Part shown: positions 7,060-13,056 of the stretch, in pieces | How the letters are laid out: every line of letters begins with the position of its first letter | How positions within the stretch are numbered: the stretch's first letter is position 1 | Assembly: GCA_041548245.1 (NCBI GenBank) | Contig: JBFESZ010000059.1 | Span: forward strand, 1 to 13,056 | Length of the DNA: 13,056 bases | Source of the DNA: Sulfurimonadaceae bacterium | Lineage (GTDB): Bacteria; Campylobacterota; Campylobacteria; Campylobacterales; Sulfurimonadaceae | Reading direction: 5' to 3' | Notes under the pieces: generated by a model | Seen by the model: the letters and a program-made list of their open reading frames with translations, nothing else | Databases searched by the model: none | What the model was told of the DNA's origin: nothing | Made by a program: the position numbers and the translations under genes

Positions 7060-9081
7060 ATGAATAAATTAATGAATAAAACATTAGCATTATCGCTAAT
7101 CTTAAGTCCAATGCTTCTTGCAGAGACGATTGAACTTGAAGAAGCAAAAGTCGAAGCGACTCTAAACAGTGTGAAGATGAACGACGTCAGTGGGGAAGAG
7201 CTGAAGTCGGCTGATCTTGCCGAATCATTGACACAGAGTGTACCAAGCGTATCTTTAGTAAGACGTAGCGGTATAGCCAATGATATCGTTCTTCGTGGAC
7301 AGAAAAAAGACAATATCAATGTTGTAGCGGATGGCACAAAGACCTATGGTGCCTGTCCAAACAGAATGGATCCGGCAACTTCACATATCTTGACAAACAA
7401 TATTGAGAGTGTTGAAGTGAGTGAAGGACCTTATGATGTTGAGAACTTCGGAACATTAAGCGGTTTGGTTGACATTAAGACGAAGAAACCTTCAAAAGAG
7501 TTTTCAGGGGAAGTCAATCTGAATGCAGGTAGCTTTAATTACAAGAAAGCTTCAGCAACAGCTAGTGGCGGGACAGATATGTTCCGTGTATTAGTTTCTG
7601 CTTCACAAGAGACGAGCGGTCAATATAAAGACGGCGATGGGAATACTTTCTCAGATCAAATCGATAACTATTTCGGCAATCCTAACTCTGCAAACTCATA
7701 TCAGACACAATATAAAGAGATGGATGCGTTTGAGAAGAAGACATTTATGGGTAAGTTATTCTTTAACCCAACAGATAATCAAGAGTTGAGATTGAGCTAT
7801 ACGGCAAACAGAAGTGATGATATTCTTTACCCTTCAAGCGGCATGGATGCAGCATATGATGATTCTAATATCTATAATTTTGAATATTCAATCACTGATA
7901 TGGGTTCATTTTCTAAAAAACTTGATTTTCAAGCCTATCATTCAGAAGTTGATCACCCTATGACAACAAAATATAGAGTAAAAGCGGGTGTTGACTCAGC
8001 TGATGAGATGATAAGCCACTTGACGACGAGCGTAGACGGTCTTAGACTTAAAAATCTGATGGAAGTCGGGGAGGCAGATCTGACAATAGGTTTGGATGCG
8101 AGTCGAAGAAACTGGGATGGCCAATATATCAAACATGGTGCAATGGCAGCAATGATCACAGGAAGAAAAAGTATTGATAATGTTGATACGGACAATGCTG
8201 CGGTTTTTGCAAAGTTGGAACAAAGTTTTGGAAAGTTGGACCTTGATTTAGGGCTACGTTATGATGATACGTCGATTGATACGGCCGGTGCAGAGCAGGA
8301 CAATGATTACAGTTCACTGAACGGTTATGCATTTGTTACCTATAATGCAGATCAGACAACCCAATACTTTGTAGGTGCAGGTAAATCAACACGTGTTCCG
8401 GATGCAAGAGAACTCTATTTTAAAGAGGGTATGGGGATGCCGCAGCCATTGGCCGGGACACCGACACTTGATCAGACAAAAAACTACGAGATAGACTTAG
8501 GGGCTAAAAAGCAGTATGAGAATGCTTATGCTAAAGTAAAGGTTTTTCATTCATGGTTAAAAGATTATGTTGTCTTTAATGCGGATAACACAAGCAACAA
8601 GTTTGAAAATGTTGATGCTAAAGTCTATGGCATAGAATTTAGCAGTTTTTATGCAGCATCTGAGGCATTGTCATTTGATGCGGGTCTTGCCTATCAACGT
8701 GGTAAAAAAGATACTCCTTTAGCCGGTCAAAGAGATAGGGACCTAGCAGAGATTCCACCATTAAAAGTTAATGCAGCTGTGAACTATGATACAGAGATGA
8801 CAAGCACTAAAGTAGAAGTTATTGCTGCTGATGACTGGAGCAATTTTGATAGTGACAATGGCGAACAGGCTATTGCCGGTTACGCGATCGTTAATCTTAA
8901 ATGGAACAGAGATCTAACAAATGGGTTTGATATTACGCTAGGTATGGATAATGCCTTTGATCATACCTATGCAGTAAGTAATACCTATAAAGATCTTACA
9001 CTGTTATCTGACGGTTCGGATGTTATCCTGATGAACGAACCGGGACGCTACATCTACGCTAACCTTCGTTATCGTTTCTAA
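7060..9081 (+). CDS. TonB-dependent receptor, OprC/NosA-like copper transporter
   Basis: Signal peptide; plug motifs DIVLRGQ and VEVSEGP; GACPNRMDP (CxxxM, C99/M103) and VDHPM (HxM, H299/M301), the OprC copper-site motifs; C-terminal EPGRYIYANLRYRF. Confidence 0.9.
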   Translation: MNKLMNKTLALSLILSPMLLAETIELEEAKVEATLNSVKMNDVSGEELKSADLAESLTQSVPSVSLVRRSGIANDIVLRGQKKDNINVVADGTKTYGACPNRMDPATSHILTNNIESVEVSEGPYDVENFGTLSGLVDIKTKKPSKEFSGEVNLNAGSFNYKKASATASGGTDMFRVLVSASQETSGQYKDGDGNTFSDQIDNYFGNPNSANSYQTQYKEMDAFEKKTFMGKLFFNPTDNQELRLSYTANRSDDILYPSSGMDAAYDDSNIYNFEYSITDMGSFSKKLDFQAYHSEVDHPMTTKYRVKAGVDSADEMISHLTTSVDGLRLKNLMEVGEADLTIGLDASRRNWDGQYIKHGAMAAMITGRKSIDNVDTDNAAVFAKLEQSFGKLDLDLGLRYDDTSIDTAGAEQDNDYSSLNGYAFVTYNADQTTQYFVGAGKSTRVPDARELYFKEGMGMPQPLAGTPTLDQTKNYEIDLGAKKQYENAYAKVKVFHSWLKDYVVFNADNTSNKFENVDAKVYGIEFSSFYAASEALSFDAGLAYQRGKKDTPLAGQRDRDLAEIPPLKVNAAVNYDTEMTSTKVEVIAADDWSNFDSDNGEQAIAGYAIVNLKWNRDLTNGFDITLGMDNAFDHTYAVSNTYKDLTLLSDGSDVILMNEPGRYIYANLRYRF

Positions 9082-9086
9082 AAATA

Positions 9087-9105
9087 AGTGGGCCATCGGC
9101 TCGCT
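9087..9105 (+). terminator. Hairpin between convergent genes; possible terminator
   Basis: AGTGGGCC-ATC-GGCTCGCT, an 8-bp stem with two G-U pairs on the + strand; poor U-tract on +. Confidence 0.35.
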
Positions 9106-9110
9106 ATATG

Positions 9111-9722
9111 CTACGCCTTCTCTTTTGATCCAAAAAAAGCCAAAATATACATATAACCTACACTATAAAGCATAACACAAAAGGCTATAGTCTTGAGAAT
9201 TCCTGCGAATACCTTATGATATTCAAGAAGATGCAGTTGTGTGAGTATAAAATTGAAATCATGCAGGCCATCTACACCTAAAAAAGATTTGTTTGCCGGA
9301 AGAAGTAGCCCCTCATCTGCAGTTGACATATACCAAGCTGAGTAATACATGGAGATGCCGAAGAAGAAAAGCCCTATAAGATAGGCAAAGAACTCTCCTT
9401 TTCGTTTATAGTAATAACCGATTAAAACGGGAAAAAGAAGCTGAAAGATAGTGCCATTAGCGGCTGTAATAAACTCTGGACAATGAAATAGATAGCAGAC
9501 ACCATGGCCTCCTTCATGTACAATCCCCAGGGTTTGGTTTACAATGAAGAAATAAAGTATAAAGAGTTGTTTGCCAATGGAGTCGCCAATTAATTGGCTG
9601 TTCCCATAGGGTACATATTTTATGAACATCAAAAAAGAGAGAAAGAAGAGCACCGAAAGAGCTTTTTTTACGGTGGGTGTCATTCTATTCGGTTTAGTTT
9701 GGTTAGTATCGTTAAAGTCCAT
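9111..9722 (-). CDS. Membrane protein with HExxH motif, M50B-like zinc metallopeptidase candidate
   Basis: Several TM helices; GIVHEGGHG (HEGGH at 9518-9504), ANGTIFQLLFP, YMSTA and GLHDFNFIL. Start uncertain (TTG 9728, ATG 9722 or ATG 9683). Confidence 0.7.
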   Translation of the reverse strand: MDFNDTNQTKPNRMTPTVKKALSVLFFLSFLMFIKYVPYGNSQLIGDSIGKQLFILYFFIVNQTLGIVHEGGHGVCYLFHCPEFITAANGTIFQLLFPVLIGYYYKRKGEFFAYLIGLFFFGISMYYSAWYMSTADEGLLLPANKSFLGVDGLHDFNFILTQLHLLEYHKVFAGILKTIAFCVMLYSVGYMYILAFFGSKEKA

Positions 9723-9839
9723 CTGCAAAGCCCAAAAGTATTTATATTAGTCTAGCGTTATATTGATAAATTCATATATATCTTGATATTTGGATAATGC
9801 AGTAGTTACTCATTGGAAGATACACGAAGAAGGTCTTTT

Positions 9840-10250
9840 TTAATCCTCTTCCTGTACTTTGGACATGATTGTATACTCTTTGTCTTCTATTCTTGTCTTG
9901 ACTTGGGCCTGTTCAGGTGTTAGGTTCTGACCATTATTAAGGTTGGCTACAAGACGTAGATAATATTTTGCTTCAGGGGATTCAATGTCTGTAATCTGTG
10001 CCGCATTGCATAAAAATCTGTCACCGACTCTCAGATCGGCAAGTCCGCCAAGTATCATCTTTTTATTGACTTCATCGATACCGTTTGTCAGGGGCAGGTT
10101 GATTGCACTAGTCATCATCTTTTCTTCATAAGTCTGGACAGCTTGAATTTGGCGTGACTCATCAGGCGTGAGAATATAGTTCATAAACATATTGGCAGCA
10201 TCATCTTTTAGAGAGATGATCTGTGTATTGGTAAAAACACTTAGGGTCAT
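9840..10250 (-). CDS. Hypothetical cytoplasmic protein (136 aa)
   Basis: ATG with purine-rich AAGAAGAG upstream and a TGaTACCAT extended -10 candidate at ~10281-10273; fills the gap between same-strand genes; no recognisable motif. Confidence 0.7.
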   Translation of the reverse strand: MTLSVFTNTQIISLKDDAANMFMNYILTPDESRQIQAVQTYEEKMMTSAINLPLTNGIDEVNKKMILGGLADLRVGDRFLCNAAQITDIESPEAKYYLRLVANLNNGQNLTPEQAQVKTRIEDKEYTIMSKVQEED

Positions 10251-10309
10251 AGCTCTTCTTTTTTTATTGCAATGGTATCACAATGAGTTTACGAGTTGCT
10301 TTAGAAAAC

Positions 10310-11440
10310 TCAAGATAGAGAGGAGTGCCCTTCCTCTTCTTCTCCTTCTCCTTCAACAATAGCCCATTGTACGAAAGGCATCATCTCTATTACCGCATAA
10401 GGCAGTCCGAGTTTTGTCTCAGCACTCATAGTTACGACTTCGACATGGAGGACACCGTTTTCTATGATGAAAGCCTCAATGCTCTCTATCTTCTTAAAGA
10501 GGACATCCTCATTTGAAAAAGGCATTGTAAGGACGATACGGTTTTCCTTTGGCATATAGAAGTCTATACCATCGGCATAATAGATTTCAGAGCCTCGCTT
10601 GAGCATCTCTAAAAAGACTAGGGTCTCAAACAGTCGGGAAAAATCTTTTTGCAGGGTAAGCGCATTTTTGATGTTGAAATCCAATGTATAGAGTTTTTTG
10701 GTCGCTCGTGTATGTTCATACTTTTCCACCCAGTAGAGATAGCCTTTGTCCATCAGACCATAAAAAGTCTTATAGAACATATCTTTTGAAAGTTTTTGAT
10801 GCAGCTTAAGGCGCTCATACATCTGAAATGCAGAGACCTTCTGTCCTAAAAGTCGAGCTGAATGTATCATAATCTGCAGTTCCAAAGGGTTAAGCGAGAG
10901 TCTGAGTATGTTTTGTAGCTGTTTTTGTCTATTGTCTTGATGTGTAAAATAAAGTTCCGGATATGAGCCTGTTTGCAGGAAATGGGTAAAGGCATTCTCC
11001 AGCGTATCATATCGGGAGTCAAAGGCAAGAAACTCCTCAAAATCAAGATTGAAGACACTTAAGACATCAAAGCCATCGATTTGAAGAGATGCTTCAGTTG
11101 ATAAAATGATCTCAGGGACATCAGGCAGGGAGATGCTTTGATGATAACCTTCGATGACAAGGGTCTGTATCTTATTATCGTAACAGAATCCGAAAAGTTC
11201 CTGTTTTAGAAGATCCACATCTATGCGCAGGTCATTTAGATCGATGTAAAGGTAGGAGGCATTGGGCAGAGTGGATAAATATTGTTTGATGATGGATGTC
11301 TTTCCAGTCTTAGCGGCACCTTTAACGATGGTAAAAGGATTGGTTATCTGGTACTTTCTTGGAACAAAATTCGACTTTTTATTTGATAAGTTGTATAAAG
11401 CGTCTAGCATACTCACTCTTATATTGATTTTTGAAAGCAT
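10310..11440 (-). CDS. AAA_14/DUF4143-like P-loop ATPase with winged-helix and degenerate nuclease-like C-terminus
   Basis: Walker A GAAKTGKT (11320-11297), YLYIDLNDLR, LDFEEFL, FLQTGSYPE, KKLYTLDF, LFETLVFLEML and GIDFY. Start probably ATG 11440 (AAGGA SD) or ATG 11410 rather than 11485. Confidence 0.85.
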   Translation of the reverse strand: MLSKINIRVSMLDALYNLSNKKSNFVPRKYQITNPFTIVKGAAKTGKTSIIKQYLSTLPNASYLYIDLNDLRIDVDLLKQELFGFCYDNKIQTLVIEGYHQSISLPDVPEIILSTEASLQIDGFDVLSVFNLDFEEFLAFDSRYDTLENAFTHFLQTGSYPELYFTHQDNRQKQLQNILRLSLNPLELQIMIHSARLLGQKVSAFQMYERLKLHQKLSKDMFYKTFYGLMDKGYLYWVEKYEHTRATKKLYTLDFNIKNALTLQKDFSRLFETLVFLEMLKRGSEIYYADGIDFYMPKENRIVLTMPFSNEDVLFKKIESIEAFIIENGVLHVEVVTMSAETKLGLPYAVIEMMPFVQWAIVEGEGEEEEGHSSLS

Positions 11441-11444
11441 ATCA

Positions 11445-11463
11445 TTTCCTTTATAAAAGGAAA
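11445..11463. promoter_or_regulatory. 19-bp palindrome copy 1, TTTCCTTT-ATA-AAAGGAAA (putative operator)
   Basis: Perfect 8-bp arms with a 3-bp spacer; a second copy lies 104 bp downstream. Confidence 0.65.
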
Positions 11464-11548
11464 GAAATATCACAACATAAAACAAATGGTTAAAAAATCA
11501 TGTAATTTAGTGCTAAATGTCAAAGTTTTATCTTTTACTGAACTACTC

Positions 11549-11567
11549 TTTCCTTTTTAAAAGGAAA
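11549..11567. promoter_or_regulatory. 19-bp palindrome copy 2, TTTCCTTT-TTA-AAAGGAAA (putative operator)
   Basis: Same arms as copy 1; about 40 bp upstream of the S10 -35 box. Confidence 0.65.
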
Positions 11568-11606
11568 TAAATTTAAAACAAATATCATTGAAACCCCCTA
11601 AAACCC

Positions 11607-11635
11607 TTGACCTTATATATAGATATGGCTATAAT
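11607..11635 (+). promoter_or_regulatory. S10 operon sigma70 promoter
   Basis: TTGACC (11607-11612), 17-bp spacer, gcTATAAT (11630-11635); predicted TSS ~11641-11643; AAGGA SD at 11703-11707. Confidence 0.8.
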
Positions 11636-11712
11636 TTCCGTTCCAATTTGGGTTAGTTCTGCTTTTTTGCAATGCAGACCTGTGGAATTAACGAGTTCTT
11701 TAAAGGAAAATT

Positions 11713-12024
11713 ATGGAAAAAATTAGATTAAAGCTTAGAGCTTATGATCACCGCGTTCTTGACAGATCAGTTGCTTCAATTGTTGAGGCTGTAAAACGTA
11801 CTGGTGCTGAAATCCGCGGACCAATCCCTATCCCAACTAAGGTTCGTAAATATACGGTCCTTAAGTCAGTTCACGTAAACAAGAAATCACGTGAACAGTT
11901 CGAAATTCGTTTGCACTCACGTTTAATTGATATCGTGTCTGCTACACCAGATACAGTTGACTCATTGATGAAACTAGATCTTGCACCTGAAGTTGACGTA
12001 GAAGTACGTTCAATGGACAAGTAA
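11713..12024 (+). CDS. rpsJ: 30S ribosomal protein S10
   Basis: [17 protein letters not shown]...GPIPIPT...[13 protein letters not shown]...[11 protein letters not shown]. Confidence 0.99.
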   Translation: MEKIRLKLRAYDHRVLDRSVASIVEAVKRTGAEIRGPIPIPTKVRKYTVLKSVHVNKKSREQFEIRLHSRLIDIVSATPDTVDSLMKLDLAPEVDVEVRSMDK

Positions 12025-12034
12025 GGATTAATAG

Positions 12035-12610
12035 ATGGAATTTATTGTAGAAAAAATCGGCATGAGCCGTACTATCACTGTTCCAGCAGTACCTGTTACT
12101 CTTCTGAAAGTAGTTGACACTAAGGTATGTGAAGTAACAGACGGTACGGCTATCGTTGCATACGGTTCTGGTAAAAAAACGAATAAGGCTATCGCAGGAA
12201 AGCAAAAGAAATATTCTCTTGAAGCTAACTTCAACCGTTTCGCGACTATGCAAGTTGCAAATACTGAAGCTGGTGACTTGGATCTTTCAGCGCTAAGCGA
12301 AGCAAAAGTCCTTAAAACTTCGATGACTACAAAAGGTCGTGGTTTTTCAGGTGTTGTAAAACGCTGGAACTTTGGTGGTGGACCAGGTTCACACGGTCAC
12401 CGTTTTCACCGTACAGGTGGATCGATCGGTAACTGTGAGTGGCCAGGTCGTGTAATGAAAGGCCGTAAAATGGCTGGACAATACGGTAACACAAAAGTTA
12501 CTGTTAAAAACGAAGTAGTCTCTTATGACGCTGAAAACGGAATTCTTGTTGTTAAAGGTTCTGTTCCAGGTGCAAACGGTGGACTAGGTCGTGTAAAGGT
12601 TGCTAAATAA
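12035..12610 (+). CDS. rplC: 50S ribosomal protein L3
   Basis: [30 protein letters not shown]...[15 protein letters not shown] and [10 protein letters not shown]; follows rpsJ. Confidence 0.99.
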   Translation: MEFIVEKIGMSRTITVPAVPVTLLKVVDTKVCEVTDGTAIVAYGSGKKTNKAIAGKQKKYSLEANFNRFATMQVANTEAGDLDLSALSEAKVLKTSMTTKGRGFSGVVKRWNFGGGPGSHGHRFHRTGGSIGNCEWPGRVMKGRKMAGQYGNTKVTVKNEVVSYDAENGILVVKGSVPGANGGLGRVKVAK

Positions 12611-13056
12611 TGAGCGCAATAGTACTTAACGAAAAATTCGAAGAAGCTTCTAAAATAGCTTTACCGGAATCATATAAAGGTATTAATCCGCACAATGTTT
12701 GGTTGTATGTAAAATCGTACCAAGCATCAATTCGTTCTAATACTGCACAAACAAAAACTCGTGGTGAAGTAAGCGGTGGTGGTAAAAAACCATGGGCTCA
12801 AAAAGGTCGTGGTGGTGCTCGTGCCGGTTCGACTCGTTCACCTGTATGGGTTGGAGGGGGAACTGTTTTCGGTCCTTCAAACAACCGTAACTATAACCAA
12901 AAGATCAACAAAAAGCAGAAAAAAGTTGCTCTGAACTGCGCGCTTAACGCTCTTGCAGAAAACGGAAAACTTTTTGTTGTTGATTCAATTTCAGTAGAGT
13001 CTGGAAAGACTAAAGATGCAATGGCTATCTTCAACAAACTTGGTCAACGTGATGTA
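12610..13056 (+). CDS. rplD: 50S ribosomal protein L4 (3'-truncated; absent from the ORF track)
   Basis: ATG overlaps the rplC stop (TAATG); translates [22 protein letters not shown]...[42 protein letters not shown]... and stays open to the window end. Confidence 0.99.
   Translation, partial: MSAIVLNEKFEEASKIALPESYKGINPHNVWLYVKSYQASIRSNTAQTKTRGEVSGGGKKPWAQKGRGGARAGSTRSPVWVGGGTVFGPSNNRNYNQKINKKQKKVALNCALNALAENGKLFVVDSISVESGKTKDAMAIFNKLGQRDV

Noticed and set aside
9796-9814. Imperfect palindrome AATGCAGTAGTTACTCATT and nearby TTGAT half-sites
   Set aside because: Needs a bulge, occurs once, and there is no complete FNR-type TTGAT-N4-ATCAA site.
11441-11485. N-terminal extension of the ATPase from 11485 (MFYVVIFLSFYKGND)
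   Set aside because: No convincing SD and it runs through the palindrome; ATG 11440 or 11410 is more plausible.
11444-11568. MITE interpretation of the inverted 22-bp repeats
   Set aside because: Each repeat is itself palindromic, no target-site duplication is evident and no transposase is nearby. An operator pair fits better, though a genome-wide copy count is needed to exclude a MITE.
11486-11712. Absence of tuf/fusA upstream of rpsJ
   Set aside because: A stand-alone S10 promoter is common, including in Campylobacterota; not unusual.
44-12253. Short ORF-track ORFs nested in or antisense to larger genes (e.g. 44-286, 338-634, 834-1109, 4019-4300, 6990-7337, 7953-8195, 11942-12253)
   Set aside because: They overlap well-supported genes and have no recognisable motifs; most likely shadow ORFs.

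Overview
Chromosomal window from a Campylobacterota (epsilonproteobacterial, probably Sulfurimonas/Sulfurovum-like) bacterium. The taxon is inferred from the ribosomal proteins, the DccR-like regulator and gnTATAAT promoters. Left to right: two tandem DUF481/YdiY-like outer-membrane beta-barrel genes (the first 5'-truncated, the second with an unusual C-terminal extension); a convergent RDD + MFS operon; an uncharacterised lipoprotein followed by an OmpR-family response regulator and histidine kinase (DccRS/CrdRS-like); an OprC-type TonB-dependent copper receptor (CxxxM + HxM) whose promoter carries an 11-bp-period direct repeat; three minus-strand genes (HExxH membrane peptidase-like, an orphan, and an AAA_14/DUF4143-like ATPase); and the start of the S10 operon (rpsJ, rplC, partial rplD). 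The most notable unexplained signals are (1) two copies of a 19-bp palindrome TTTCCTTT-NNN-AAAGGAAA between the catalytically degenerate ATPase gene and the divergent S10 promoter, (2) a probable two-component-system-to-copper-importer regulatory module, and (3) a structured rpsJ leader. No mobile elements, CRISPR arrays or rRNA/tRNA genes were seen. All family assignments come from motif recognition, not database searches.
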